64,000 bases of DNA. Origin: Bacteroidales bacterium (GTDB lineage Bacteria; Bacteroidota; Bacteroidia; Bacteroidales; WCHB1-69). Both the position numbers and the translations under genes were made by a program. How positions within the stretch are numbered: the first letter of the stretch is position 1; each line of letters starts with the position of its first letter. The stretch covers positions 50,230 to 114,229 of the forward strand of contig JAGCGA010000032.1 in the NCBI GenBank assembly GCA_017649855.1, in the 5' to 3' direction. Under the pieces are notes generated by a model. That model was not told where the DNA came from, searched no databases, and saw nothing but the letters and a program-made list of their open reading frames with translations. This document shows, in pieces, positions 8,937 to 18,752 of this stretch.

Positions 8937-10327
8937 TGGGTAATCTTCTTGATGAAAGTCATGATTTCGGAAGCCAAGGCCTCGGCTTCGGCTTCGGTGG
9001 CGGCTTCCGTGTAGATGCGGATGATGGGCTCGGTGTTGGAACTGCGGATGTGCGCCCAACTCTTGGCGAAGTCGATCTTCACCCCGTCGATGCGGGAGAC
9101 GGACTCGTCGGCGTAGTGCTGTGCGACAGCGTCCAGGATGCTGGGCACCGACATGGTGGGGTCGAGCTCTATCTTGTTCTTGGAGATGTGATAGTCAGGG
9201 TATTTCCGGCGCAGCTCCGAGCACTTGCATCTCTCGACGGCCAGATGCGACAGGAACAGGGCGATGCCCACGAGCGCGTCGCGGCCGTAGTGCAGGGCAG
9301 GGTAGATGACGCCTCCATTGCCTTCGCCGCCGATGATGGCGCCCGTCTCTTTCATCTTCTCCACCACATTGACCTCACCCACGGCGGCGGCGCTGTAGCT
9401 GACGCCATGCCATCCGCTCACGTCACGCAACGCGCGCGAGGAGGAGAGGTTGGAGACGGTGTTGCCCTTCTCGTGCTTCAGGATGTAGTCGGCAACGGCC
9501 ACGAGGGTGTACTCCTCGCCGAACATGGTGCCGTCTTCCTGCAGGATGGCTAAGCGGTCTACGTCGGGATCCACCACGAAGCCCACATCGAAACGACCCT
9601 CTTGACGCATCACCCCTGCGATGCCGGTCAGGTTCTCAGGAATGGGCTCCGGCGTGTGCGCGAAGATACCGTTGGCCTCGCCGTTGAGAACGGTCACGTC
9701 GGTGACACCCAGCTGCTCCAATAGCGGGGGCAAGGCTAATGCGCCCGTGGAGTTGATGGTGTCCAATACAACTCGGAAGTTCGCTTTTGCTATGGCATCC
9801 CTGTTGACCAAAGGAAGCGCCAAGATGGCGTCGATATGATGCTGGATGGTGTCGTCAACTTTTTGATATTTACCCAGATGGGAGATGTCGGCATAGCCCA
9901 CATGGTCTAACTGTGCCGCAAGCTCCAAGAGGTGCCGGCCTTCAGCGGCGGAGATGAACTCGCCCTTCGCATTGAGCAGTTTGAGCGCATTCCACTGCAT
10001 CGGGTTGTGGCTGGCGGTGATGATGATGCCGCCGTCGGCTCCGTATTGCGTCACGGCCATCTCGGTGGTCGGGGTGGTGCTCAGACCGGTGTCTATGACA
10101 TCCACGCCCATGCTTTGCAGGGTGCCGCATACTAACGTGCTGACCATCTGGCCGGATACGCGGGCGTCGCGCCCCACGACCATCGTCAGTTTCTCTTTCT
10201 TCGTCTGCTCTTTAATCAGGATGGAAAAGGCGGTGGTCAGTTCCATGATGTCAGCGGGCGTGAGGTTGTCCCCGCATCGGCCCCCGATGGTGCCGCGAAT
10301 GCCTGAAATGGATTTGATGAGTGCCAT
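8933..10327 (-). CDS. glmM: phosphoglucosamine mutase
   Basis: 464 aa. Motifs seen: SGIRGTIGG and the TASHNP phosphoserine loop. Length is typical of alpha-D-phosphohexomutases. Confidence 0.85.
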   Translation of the reverse strand: MALIKSISGIRGTIGGRCGDNLTPADIMELTTAFSILIKEQTKKEKLTMVVGRDARVSGQMVSTLVCGTLQSMGVDVIDTGLSTTPTTEMAVTQYGADGGIIITASHNPMQWNALKLLNAKGEFISAAEGRHLLELAAQLDHVGYADISHLGKYQKVDDTIQHHIDAILALPLVNRDAIAKANFRVVLDTINSTGALALPPLLEQLGVTDVTVLNGEANGIFAHTPEPIPENLTGIAGVMRQEGRFDVGFVVDPDVDRLAILQEDGTMFGEEYTLVAVADYILKHEKGNTVSNLSSSRALRDVSGWHGVSYSAAAVGEVNVVEKMKETGAIIGGEGNGGVIYPALHYGRDALVGIALFLSHLAVERCKCSELRRKYPDYHISKNKIELDPTMSVPSILDAVAQHYADESVSRIDGVKIDFAKSWAHIRSSNTEPIIRIYTEAATEAEAEALASEIMTFIKKITQ

Positions 10328-10428
10328 ACAACTATTTTATATAATAGGGCGCAAAAATATAAAAATATCGCTTATCTTGAAAGGTTGCGAGGGTGAAAAA
10401 ACAAGGGACTGGAATTCAAGAAAAAATG

Positions 10429-10436
10429 TATCTTTG
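10429..10436 (+). promoter_or_regulatory. Bacteroidetes -7 type promoter box TATCTTTG (TAnnTTTG)
   Basis: Exact match to TAnnTTTG, 87 nt upstream of the M20 peptidase start. Confidence 0.45.
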
Positions 10437-10522
10437 CTCCTGCAAAATTCAGAGCCGGCCTGTGTCAGATCATGTGCCTCTGCATTGCTATTTGACGAAT
10501 AATCACAAAATCATATTTCATC

Positions 10523-11881
10523 ATGAACCCTAAAAACTACATTGAAGAAAATCAGAAACGCTTTTTGGAAGAGCTTTTCACCCTTTTGCGTATCCCCTCC
10601 ATCAGCTCGGAGAGCGAACACAAACCCGATATGATCCGCTGTGCGGAACGCTGGCGCGAGCTGATCCTGGCCGCCGGTGCCGACAAGTGCGAGGTGATGC
10701 CCGCCGAGGGCAACCCCATCGTCTATGGCGAGAAGATCATCGACCCCGCCGCCAAGACGGTCCTCGTCTATGGCCACTATGACGTGATGCCCGTGGACCC
10801 CATCGAGCTGTGGAACACCGAACCCTTCGAGCCGGTCATCAAGGACGGCAAGATCTGGGGCCGCGGCGCCGACGACGACAAGGGCCAGTCCTTTATGCAC
10901 GCCAAAGCATTCGAGACGATGATGCAGACCAATACACTGCCCTGCAACGTGAAGTTCATGCTTGAGGGCGAAGAGGAGATCGGCTCCCCGAGTCTCTCCA
11001 AGTGGATTGTGGAAAACAAGGACCTCGTCAAGGCAGATGTGATCCTCGTCTCCGACACGAGCATGATCGCTTCCGATGTGCCCTCCATCACCACGGGCCT
11101 GCGCGGCTTGTCCTATTGGGAAATCGAGGTGACGGGCCCGAACGCGGACCTGCACTCCGGCATCTTCGGTGGCTCGGTGGCCAACCCGCTGAACACCCTC
11201 TGCGAGATGATCGCCCAATGCATGGACGAGAACAACCACATCACCATCCCGCACTTCTATGACGACGTGGTGGAGTGCTCCGACCGTGAGCGCGAGCTGC
11301 TCAATATGGCTCCGTATGATGAGGAGGAATACAAGAAGTCGCTCGGCGTGAAGGCGTTGCGCGGCGAGAAGGGCTACACCAAGATCGAGCACGTGGGCAT
11401 CCGTCCTACCTTCGACCTCTGCGGTATGTGGGGTGGCTACACGGCTGAAGGCTCCAAGACTGTCCTGCCCTCCAAGGCTTATGCCAAACTGTCCTGCCGA
11501 CTGGTGCCCAACCAAGACCACGAGAAGATCGCCGATCTGGTGAAGAACTATTTCGAGCAGAATGCCCCCGACTATGTGACGGTGAAGGTGACCTCTCTGC
11601 ACGGTGGTCAGGCTTACGGTTGCCCGACCGACCATCCGGCCTATAAGGCTGCGGAGGCTGCCTATATGGACACCTACGGCAAACTGCCCATCCCGATGCG
11701 CAGCGGTGGCAGCATCCCGATTATCGCCACTTTCGAGAAGGTGCTCGGCATCAAGTCCATCCTGATGGGCTTCGGCCTCGGCGAGGATGCCATCCACTCA
11801 CCCAACGAGAACTACCGTCTGGATCATTTCTACAAGGGCATCGAGACCATCTGCGCCTTCTACAAACACATCGCAGAGTAA
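10523..11881 (+). CDS. M20 family dipeptidase/metallopeptidase
   Basis: 452 aa. Motifs seen: HYDVMPVD, GRGADDDKGQ and EGEEEIGSP, the metal-ligand motifs of M20/ArgE/DapE enzymes. Confidence 0.85.
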   Translation: MNPKNYIEENQKRFLEELFTLLRIPSISSESEHKPDMIRCAERWRELILAAGADKCEVMPAEGNPIVYGEKIIDPAAKTVLVYGHYDVMPVDPIELWNTEPFEPVIKDGKIWGRGADDDKGQSFMHAKAFETMMQTNTLPCNVKFMLEGEEEIGSPSLSKWIVENKDLVKADVILVSDTSMIASDVPSITTGLRGLSYWEIEVTGPNADLHSGIFGGSVANPLNTLCEMIAQCMDENNHITIPHFYDDVVECSDRERELLNMAPYDEEEYKKSLGVKALRGEKGYTKIEHVGIRPTFDLCGMWGGYTAEGSKTVLPSKAYAKLSCRLVPNQDHEKIADLVKNYFEQNAPDYVTVKVTSLHGGQAYGCPTDHPAYKAAEAAYMDTYGKLPIPMRSGGSIPIIATFEKVLGIKSILMGFGLGEDAIHSPNENYRLDHFYKGIETICAFYKHIAE

Positions 11882-11938
11882 CCGGTTGCCTAAGGTGATT
11901 TCCAAAGGATGCTCCCGACATAATCTAAAGACAGAACA

Positions 11939-12499
11939 ATGAGAAAAACACTGTTTGCTATTGTGGCACTGGCTCTATGCTTGATCTGCACATCTTGCCG
12001 TCATTCCCCAAAAGGATCTGAAAAAGGTGCCGGACAAGGGAATGTGGAGGCGGTGCCGCAGCCTGTCTTGGTTGCTCCAGACCTCGTCTTCTTTGAACTC
12101 CACGGGCCTGTGAAGAAGATGAAGGAGGACTTTCTCGTCTATGAATTTGACGAAAAGGGTAATCTGACCAAACATGATGGGGTATTTACCTTCTCCCGGG
12201 ACGAGAAAGGCCGAATCGTCAAGATGGACGGGCATGAGAATCACGTCACCTATCTGTGGGATGCTGAGCGACCAGTCGGTAGCGAGGCGGCCGCCGAGGG
12301 CATGACATTGTTGGAATCCTACACCTACGACGAGCGTGGCTTTGTCGTGAAGATCAAACACACGGAGGATGGCCAGGTGTCGTACGAGACGCTCACCTAT
12401 TCCGGTTTGGACACCTATGGCAACTGGACCCTAAGGAGCAGTGAAGGTTACAAATATGGCCGGGGTTCCGCGTCAAGGGAGATTGAATACTACGAGTAG
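11939..12499 (+). CDS. hypothetical lipoprotein
   Basis: 186 aa. It has a lipobox-like N-terminus (LALCLICTSC) and repeated DEKG-type turns. Confidence 0.6.
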   Translation: MRKTLFAIVALALCLICTSCRHSPKGSEKGAGQGNVEAVPQPVLVAPDLVFFELHGPVKKMKEDFLVYEFDEKGNLTKHDGVFTFSRDEKGRIVKMDGHENHVTYLWDAERPVGSEAAAEGMTLLESYTYDERGFVVKIKHTEDGQVSYETLTYSGLDTYGNWTLRSSEGYKYGRGSASREIEYYE

Positions 12500-12531
12500 G
12501 GCAATATCATTTAGTTCTCTCGCCATACCCG

Positions 12532-12560
12532 ACCGGTCTCAGATCTGAGGCCGGTTTTTT
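12532..12560 (+). terminator. intrinsic terminator between convergent genes
   Basis: ACCGGTCTCAGA/TCTGAGGCCGGT stem (one G-U pair) followed by TTTTTT. Confidence 0.7.
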
Positions 12561-12574
12561 GGGTTATGAAGATG

Positions 12575-14284
12575 TCACTCTTTTGTCAGATACATCACCA
12601 TCCGTCCGGATTCGTACAATTCTATGGTAATATGGTGGTACGACCACTTCAGATATTTGATTTCCTCATCTGATTTGACAGGCTCTTTGCCGGTCAAGCG
12701 AGTCAGAATTTGGCGTACTTGCGAATGTTTTTTCCCCACATTGTCTATACTTCCAGAACTGCGCCAGGACGAGTTATACACATTGGTCTTTATCCACTCA
12801 AAAAATGCGCCCATGACCATAGAATCGCTTTTATGCACACAATAGTCCACAGATAAGGTCTTTTTAGCATCGATTACGGTATAATAGCTGTATTTTTCAT
12901 ACTCGCCTGTTTGATATTCGTCAGGATAATAATACTTGTCCAAAGCTTGGAACTCACCTTGGCAAGTGGCCTGTAACGACTTCTCCACGCTGTCTGTCTG
13001 GGAAAGCGTCAGATGGTCAAGATGATTCAGGAGAAATTGGAGCAATGGTTCGATGTTGTCTGTGCCTATATGAGGCAGAGAATCCTGATTGTGGATAATG
13101 TGGCAGATGTGGATGAGCGTATCCTGGATTTCCAACACTCCGTAGGAATTCTTATCCTCCTCGAATTGCAAAAAGCATTGGTTTGGAGCTGGATTTTTAC
13201 CTCTGAAGCAATCGTGCCATTGAAAAAAACTGTATGGATGCCCTAAATCGAATTTTTCAATCAGTTTTCCGTTTTCGAGTTGGGCGATGTATGTTTTCTC
13301 CTTTGAATTGATCAGGTAGTAAATATTCCCATTTGTCAAGAATGCGTCTGACAATACTGTGTCGTATGTTATTCCGCCCCACCAATTGCCCTCATCATAT
13401 CTGCCTGTGAATTGGAAAAGAGTAGGGACAGGTTTGACATTGATGCCGCCGGAGCGATAAAGGCTTTCTAAAAAAGCGTGTTCGTCTGCAGAAGCATCTT
13501 CGTATGTAAAGCCCTTTTCACATAATTGTGTTTTCCCTTCCAAGGAAATCAAGGTGTCCACTTTGCTGACCCGAATGAAATAATAGACATTGTCTTTTTT
13601 GATGATGCGCGACAATCCTCTAGGCATAAGGTGCTGGGGGAAATATTCTTTAACTCCAGGATAGGAAGGTTTTATAGTAACAGAGGAACTGCTTTCCCAA
13701 ATGTCCGTGCTCACTTCTTGCGTGTTCTGCAGAACGTCAAGGTGTGACGCTGTTTTATCTATAAACCAGGTGTATTCTCCCCATTCACCAATGTCAACGA
13801 ATGCAACGCTGTATAGGTCATCCTCATATATTACATTGGAGATCACTTCAACGGGTTCCCAATGCCAAGCAGCCATATCAAAATAATAGCCGTCCTGTTC
13901 ATTGCGAAGATGGTATGGCCTTAGGAAGAGCGTGTCGTGTCGCGTAAAAAGGTCGCCATAATAGTTTCTTTGAAAATCTTTGGGCAAACTTACCTCTCTA
14001 ATCTCATTTCCATCTTCTGAAATGACGAGCAGTCGGTTTTTCCATAGCCAATGGTCATAGACTTGTGTGTTTTTGAAAATACAGAAATAATAGCCGTGAT
14101 ATTTGGCGGCCCATTTCATTGTGAAATCCGAAATCGGGCTTATGAAATCAGAGGCGTTAATCCGTAACGTGTCCTCCACCACCCGGAACTGCTGCGCGTA
14201 TGAGGCGAAAGACAGCGCGAGGAATACGATGAGCCATTTCAAGCGTTTCATTTTTCCGATATATAGCGACTTCTGTGTATTCAC
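12575..14284 (-). CDS. hypothetical secreted protein (visibly AT-richer than its surroundings)
   Basis: 569-aa ORF. A signal peptide begins at the internal MKRLKWLIVFLALSFASYAQ, so the start may be 14251. I recognised no family motif. Confidence 0.6.
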   Translation of the reverse strand: MNTQKSLYIGKMKRLKWLIVFLALSFASYAQQFRVVEDTLRINASDFISPISDFTMKWAAKYHGYYFCIFKNTQVYDHWLWKNRLLVISEDGNEIREVSLPKDFQRNYYGDLFTRHDTLFLRPYHLRNEQDGYYFDMAAWHWEPVEVISNVIYEDDLYSVAFVDIGEWGEYTWFIDKTASHLDVLQNTQEVSTDIWESSSSVTIKPSYPGVKEYFPQHLMPRGLSRIIKKDNVYYFIRVSKVDTLISLEGKTQLCEKGFTYEDASADEHAFLESLYRSGGINVKPVPTLFQFTGRYDEGNWWGGITYDTVLSDAFLTNGNIYYLINSKEKTYIAQLENGKLIEKFDLGHPYSFFQWHDCFRGKNPAPNQCFLQFEEDKNSYGVLEIQDTLIHICHIIHNQDSLPHIGTDNIEPLLQFLLNHLDHLTLSQTDSVEKSLQATCQGEFQALDKYYYPDEYQTGEYEKYSYYTVIDAKKTLSVDYCVHKSDSMVMGAFFEWIKTNVYNSSWRSSGSIDNVGKKHSQVRQILTRLTGKEPVKSDEEIKYLKWSYHHITIELYESGRMVMYLTKE

Positions 14285-14347
14285 ACTCCACGCCGTATCT
14301 GCGGATTATGCGAAGTCGTTAAACATGATCCGCGGATATCGACGCTG

Positions 14348-14355
14348 CAAAGATA
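14348..14355 (-). promoter_or_regulatory. -7 type promoter box TATCTTTG
   Basis: Exact TAnnTTTG on the minus strand, upstream of the 12575-14284 gene. Confidence 0.4.
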
Positions 14356-14421
14356 GCAATTATCTGTATCCATTAAGATGCAATGAATGGAAATGGTTGC
14401 AGAGACGGGATGGTTCTTAAT

Positions 14422-14456
14422 GCAAAATACACCGACAATCAGAAGATTATCGGTGT
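14422..14456 (-). terminator. intrinsic terminator just 3' of tmRNA
   Basis: ACACCGA...TCGGTGT 7-bp stem followed by AUUUUG on the minus strand. It starts 9 nt after the tmRNA 3' end. Confidence 0.6.
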
Positions 14457-14464
14457 ATCTCAAG

Positions 14465-14852
14465 TGGAGCCGGAGGGAGTCGAACCCTCGTCCAAACTAG
14501 CCGCAAGATTGCTTTCTACAAGTTTAGTCTTCGTTTGATTGTCGGCGACGGCATGGTACGAGACGGACCTGGCCGCCGCTTATCTCCTGAAGTTTCGCGC
14601 CTGCTGCGGAGCCAGCATTTGCTATCTGTCCTTTTATGACACTTCGGACCGGACGTTGGACGGAAGAACTTCCGGGGAAGCGCCCGCGGCAACAGACCTT
14701 GTCTGGGCGGCGGGATCCGCGGCCGTTAGGCTGCGAATGCATAAGAAGTTTCGCCGTTTATTGGCATCGAGAGTTGAATGTTAACGGAATTGGCTCACAA
14801 TTTCCGACCTGCTTACAATCCCCCGAACTTGCTGTCAAAACCAAACGACCCC
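14465..14852 (-). ncRNA. ssrA: transfer-messenger RNA (tmRNA)
   Basis: The 5' end GGGGUCGUUUGG pairs with the 3' end CCGGCUCCA, including a G3:U pair. A T-arm GGGUUCGACUCCC is present. The tag ORF GGC GAA ACU UCU UAU GCA UUC GCA GCC UAA (GETSYAFAA*) lies at 14726-14755. Confidence 0.9.
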
Positions 14853-14871
14853 GGGGAAAAGAAGGAGAGGA

Positions 14872-15312
14872 TTATTTCACCTCTCCCTTAAGTTGTAAAA
14901 TGACTCTGTCGGTGTTGGCGTTGGAAAGCACCGTCAGACGCTTGCTGATGAGACCCACATTCTTGGCAGAATAGCGTGCCTTGATGGTGCCCTTCTGTCC
15001 CGGCATGATGGGCTCTTTCGACCATTCTACCGTGGTGCAGTCGCAAGAGGAGATCACATCGTCCAGAATCAACGGCTTCTTGCCGATGTTCTTGAAGGTG
15101 ATGGTCACCACTTTCACGTCACCGACTTTCAATGTACCAAAGTCCACGTATGACTTTTCAAACTCTATTTCGGCACCCGTGCCAGTGTATTTGGTCGTTG
15201 ACGTGCTCGTCGCCGAGGTCACTGGTTTGGACGATTTTGAGGTGGTCTTCGACTGGGCTTGCGCGCCAACGAAGAGACCGATGATCAATCCGAGGATGAG
15301 AATCTTTTTCAT
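14872..15312 (-). CDS. DUF1573 domain secreted protein
   Basis: 146 aa. It has a signal peptide and FGTLKVGD...FKNIGKKPLILDDVISSCDCT, typical of DUF1573. Confidence 0.75.
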   Translation of the reverse strand: MKKILILGLIIGLFVGAQAQSKTTSKSSKPVTSATSTSTTKYTGTGAEIEFEKSYVDFGTLKVGDVKVVTITFKNIGKKPLILDDVISSCDCTTVEWSKEPIMPGQKGTIKARYSAKNVGLISKRLTVLSNANTDRVILQLKGEVK

Positions 15313-15339
15313 TGCTATGGATGGTTAGAAATGGATAAA

Positions 15340-15804
15340 TTATCTGGTTTCAGAGCTTTTAACGCTACTGCCCTCGTTCTCAGGAGCGGCTTCCAGCGGT
15401 TTGGCAGCCACATTGCCCTTGATGCTGAGGATGACGCGGTTGTTGGTGGCGTTGGACTCTACCGTGATGGTCTTGTTGATGGCACCGACACGGTTGGTGT
15501 TGTATTTCACCTTGATGACAGCCTTCTTTCCGGGAGGGATGGGATCCTTAGGCCAGGAAGGAACGGTGCAACCACAAGAGGAACGGCAGTTGGTCAGGAT
15601 AAGGTCGGCCTTGCCCGTGTTCTTGAAGACGAACTCGCATTCCCCATTGTCGCCTTGGGTGATGTTGCCATAGTCATGGACTAAATTCTCGAAGGTGATT
15701 TCGGGTTCTTTAACTTTCTTGTTGCTTTTCTCGGTGGCGGCATCTTGTGCCACGCCAGCGAAAACAAATGCTAGAAGCATGCAAACACTCAGTAATTTTT
15801 TCAT
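15340..15804 (-). CDS. DUF1573 domain secreted protein (paralog)
   Basis: 154 aa. Motif seen: FVFKNTGKADLILTNCRSSCGCTVPSW. Confidence 0.75.
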   Translation of the reverse strand: MKKLLSVCMLLAFVFAGVAQDAATEKSNKKVKEPEITFENLVHDYGNITQGDNGECEFVFKNTGKADLILTNCRSSCGCTVPSWPKDPIPPGKKAVIKVKYNTNRVGAINKTITVESNATNNRVILSIKGNVAAKPLEAAPENEGSSVKSSETR

Positions 15805-15876
15805 GATGTTATTAAATTTATAGGTTTTTTCAATTTTGCAAAAACAGATGTATGGACAATTTTGAAAAGGGTAAGT

Positions 15877-16305
15877 TTAACGGTCCTCCTTTTTTTTGAT
15901 GATATGCTCCAATGCCAGGCGGTAGCTGTCGAGGCCGAAGCCGCAGATGGAGCCCGAGCAGTGCGCTGCGATCAGGTCTTGCTGGCGGAAGGTCTCCCGG
16001 TTGAAGATGTTGCTGATGTGCACTTCAATCACGGGGCAGGGGGTCGTCCGGATAGCGTCGGCGAGGGCGATGGAGGTGTGCGTGTAGGCTCCGGGGTTCA
16101 GGATGATCCCGCTGTAGTCGCGAGCCTCCGCGATGGCTTTGGCCAGGAGCCCCTCCTCCTCTTCCTGCAGGTAGTCGATGTCCACCTCCGGGTATTGGTT
16201 GACCAGCTCGCGCAGGTAGTCCTCGAAGGAACGGTGTCCGTAGATGTCCACCTCCCTGGAGCCCAGTTGGCCAAGATTCACGCCGTTGATGATGAAGACC
16301 TTCAT
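15877..16305 (-). CDS. aroQ: type II 3-dehydroquinate dehydratase
   Basis: 142 aa. Motifs seen: INGVNLGQLGSRE..IYG and VHISNIFNRE. Confidence 0.9.
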   Translation of the reverse strand: MKVFIINGVNLGQLGSREVDIYGHRSFEDYLRELVNQYPEVDIDYLQEEEEGLLAKAIAEARDYSGIILNPGAYTHTSIALADAIRTTPCPVIEVHISNIFNRETFRQQDLIAAHCSGSICGFGLDSYRLALEHIIKKKEDR

Positions 16306-16322
16306 GCCCTTTACAGTGTTGT

Positions 16323-16634
16323 TTATTCATAAATCAAGATGAACACATCCTCGTCCGCCTTGTGCATGTTGAGTTGCTCCCGGGCATATCTCTCCAGCAG
16401 GACAGAGTCCGACATGAGTTGCTCGTAGGTGTACTCATTGCTCACCTGGTGCCGGGTGTTGACAATCTTCTTTTCCAGATTGGCAATCTTCCGGTTCAGC
16501 TCCTGGTGCTTTTTGTAGGCATGGTCCGAGAAGATGATGTAGAACAGGAATGCGACGATGGTGACGGCATACACGATCCAAATCACTCTCTTCTTGTGCC
16601 TGGCGGGTTCGGTGACGGTGTTGTTATCTTGCAT
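16323..16634 (-). CDS. septum formation initiator (FtsB/DivIC-like) protein
   Basis: 103 aa with a single TM helix, then a coiled coil. The C-terminal [15 protein letters not shown] is typical of the family. Confidence 0.7.
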   Translation of the reverse strand: MQDNNTVTEPARHKKRVIWIVYAVTIVAFLFYIIFSDHAYKKHQELNRKIANLEKKIVNTRHQVSNEYTYEQLMSDSVLLERYAREQLNMHKADEDVFILIYE

Positions 16635-18168
16635 AGTTTACAGAACGTGTTTCACGTATGACGGTGATTTTGATTTGTCCGGGGTAGGTCATCTCGTTTT
16701 GGATCTTCTTGGAGAGGTCCATGGAGATCTGGTTGGCCTCGGCATCGGTCACCTTCTCGGCGCCCACGATGACGCGCAGCTCACGTCCGGCCTGGATGGC
16801 GTAGGTCTTGACGACGCCAGGGTAGGTGAGGGCGAGGTTCTCGAGGTCGTTGAGACGTTTCATGTAGGCTTCCACCACTTCGCGGCGTGCGCCCGGACGT
16901 GCACCCGAGATGGCGTCGCATACTTGGACGATGGGAGCGATCAGGGTGGTCATCTCCATCTCATCGTGGTGAGCACCGATAGCGTTTACAATCTCCGGAC
17001 GCTCCTTATATTGCTCTGCCAGACGGGCACCGAAGAGTGCGTGCGGCATTTCGGGCTCTGTGTCAGGCACTTTGCCAATGTCGTGCAACAGACCGGCCCG
17101 GCGGGCAATCTTGGGGTTCAGGCCCAATTCGGCAGCCATGGCGGCACTCAGGTTGGCCACCTCCTTGGCGTGCTGCAACAGGTTCTGGCCGTAGGAGGAA
17201 CGGTAGCGCATCTTACCGACCAGTCGCATGAGCTCGTGCGGCATGTTGTTGATGCCCAAGTCGATGCAGGTGCGCTTGCCCAGCTCGGCAATCTCTTGCT
17301 CGATCTGACGCTTCGTCTTGGCCACAATCTCCTCGATGCGGGCAGGGTGGATACGGCCGTCAGAGACCAGCTTCTGCAGGGACAGACGCGCGATCTCACG
17401 TCTCACAGGGTCAAAGCTGGACAACAAGATGGTGTCCGGAGAGTCGTCGATGATGACGTCCACGCCGGTAAGGTTCTCCAAGGTCCGGATGTTACGTCCC
17501 TCACGACCGATGATACGGCCCTTGATCTCGTCATTCTCGATGTTGAAGACCGACACGGTGTTTTCCAGGGCAGTCTCCACACCCGTTCTCTGCAAAGCAT
17601 TGATGATGACCTTTTTGGCTTCCATGTTGGCAGTGGCTTTGGCCTCATCCATGATGTCTTTTACCAATACCATGGCGTCGGCCTTGGCCTCTTCTTGCAT
17701 GAGTTTGACCAACTCCTCTTTTGCTTGGGAGGAGGACATCTCGGCAATGGCCTCCAACTTGCTCTTCTGTATCTCGGTTTGCTTTGCTAAGTCTTTTTCT
17801 TTTTGTACGTTCGCTTGAAGTTGTTTCTCGAGTTTCTCTTGCAGATTGTTGGTTTCGTTCTGTTTCCGGTTCAGGTCTTCCAGTTTTTGGTTGAGGTTAT
17901 TTTCTTTTTGTTTCAGGCGGTTTTCATCGGAGGAGAGTTGACGGTTGCGTTCGTTGACGGTCTTTTCGTATTCGTTTTTAAGCTGGAGGAATTTCTCCTT
18001 TGCTTGCAGAATTTTCTCTTTCTTCAGTAGTTCTCCGTCAGCTTCGGCTTTTTTCAAAGCCTCCTGTCCCGATTTTGTCAGTTGTTTGTTGAGAAATGTG
18101 TAGGCTGCCAATATGCCGGCTGCAATACCAATCACCAAGCCTACGATAATCCAAAGTGCAGTGTTCAT
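16624..18168 (-). CDS. rny: ribonuclease Y
   Basis: 514 aa. It has an N-terminal TM helix, a long coiled coil, a KH domain ([20 protein letters not shown]) and an HD domain (LLHDIGK). Confidence 0.92.
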   Translation of the reverse strand: MNTALWIIVGLVIGIAAGILAAYTFLNKQLTKSGQEALKKAEADGELLKKEKILQAKEKFLQLKNEYEKTVNERNRQLSSDENRLKQKENNLNQKLEDLNRKQNETNNLQEKLEKQLQANVQKEKDLAKQTEIQKSKLEAIAEMSSSQAKEELVKLMQEEAKADAMVLVKDIMDEAKATANMEAKKVIINALQRTGVETALENTVSVFNIENDEIKGRIIGREGRNIRTLENLTGVDVIIDDSPDTILLSSFDPVRREIARLSLQKLVSDGRIHPARIEEIVAKTKRQIEQEIAELGKRTCIDLGINNMPHELMRLVGKMRYRSSYGQNLLQHAKEVANLSAAMAAELGLNPKIARRAGLLHDIGKVPDTEPEMPHALFGARLAEQYKERPEIVNAIGAHHDEMEMTTLIAPIVQVCDAISGARPGARREVVEAYMKRLNDLENLALTYPGVVKTYAIQAGRELRVIVGAEKVTDAEANQISMDLSKKIQNEMTYPGQIKITVIRETRSVNYAR

Positions 18169-18244
18169 AAATATATGTAGTTTAGTTAATTAAATGATTA
18201 AATAATGAATAGTTTCTTTGACAAGTCGATTGGGAGGGAGGGAT

Positions 18245-18434
18245 AAAAAAAACTGCATAAGCCCCATAGGGTTTCGAAAAACTCCTATCGGTTATGGTTG
18301 AAGGTGCCGTCTCACGTCGAGCGTCCCGCGGGTGTGAACCCTCCTTGCGGAGTCGGGCCTGTTCTAGGCGAAACAAGCGTCCCCTTCAGTTGTTTTACTG
18401 TTGAGTTTAACAAACGTATCCGGGCTTATGCAGG
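18245..18434 (-). ncRNA. candidate structured small RNA, 6S-like (ssrS?)
   Basis: About 190 nt between zapA and rny. A 12-bp closing helix CUGCAUAAGCCC/GGGCUUAUGCAG is followed by U8. Internal hairpins: CUCC-GCAA-GGAG (GNRA), GUUU-UUCG-AAAC and GGGU-UCAC-ACCC. No coding potential. Confidence 0.45.
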
Positions 18435-18459
18435 TTTTCGTGTCAAAGAACGCAGTCTG

Positions 18460-18750
18460 TTAATGCAAATTCTCTGTAAGTTGTTGCAAGGATTCCATCA
18501 TAGGAATCAATTCTTCATCATATTCTTTCAGTCTCTGTTCGTCAGCAAGCCATTTCACCACAAAATTTACCAATAGCATTGATAACAGGTCTTGTTGGTC
18601 TCTATATGTCCAAATTTTTGCAAATTCCAGAAAATTCTCATTGATAACTTTTTCTGCTTCTCGGAAGTAGTGCTCCCACTCTTTTTGGATCTTCAGGGAC
18701 AGCGTTCGCTGTGCCACCTGTATCGATATCGTTATTTTTTCCTCTTCCAT
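18460..18750 (-). CDS. zapA: cell division protein ZapA
   Basis: I placed the start at MEEEKITISIQVAQRTLSLKI (ATG 18748-18750), just after the upstream stop. The size (96 aa) and the pattern of ZapA both fit. The longer 18780 start is an alternative. Confidence 0.6.
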   Translation of the reverse strand: MEEEKITISIQVAQRTLSLKIQKEWEHYFREAEKVINENFLEFAKIWTYRDQQDLLSMLLVNFVVKWLADEQRLKEYDEELIPMMESLQQLTENLH

Positions 18751-18752
18751 TG

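Noticed and set aside
8937-9059. N-terminal 41-codon extension of the second thioredoxin-fold gene
   Set aside because: The extension (MGAHPQFQHRAHHPH...) lies inside glmM on the same strand. The signal peptide starts at the internal Met at 8936.
10511-11797. 428-aa antisense ORF opposite the M20 peptidase, and similar ones at 1525-2712, 16558-17790, 20631-21620, 33713-34822 and 56524-57633
   Set aside because: In each case the opposite strand carries unmistakable family motifs (M20, AMP-ligase, RNase Y, LpxD hexapeptides, DUF1343, ROK). The antisense products are G/D/H/V/L-rich with no motifs. They are a GC3 artefact.
12500-12575. att-type duplicate of the tmRNA 3' end at the far side of the AT-rich gene
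   Set aside because: No similarity to TGGAGCCGGAGGGAGTCGAACCC was seen. The region holds only an ordinary terminator hairpin.
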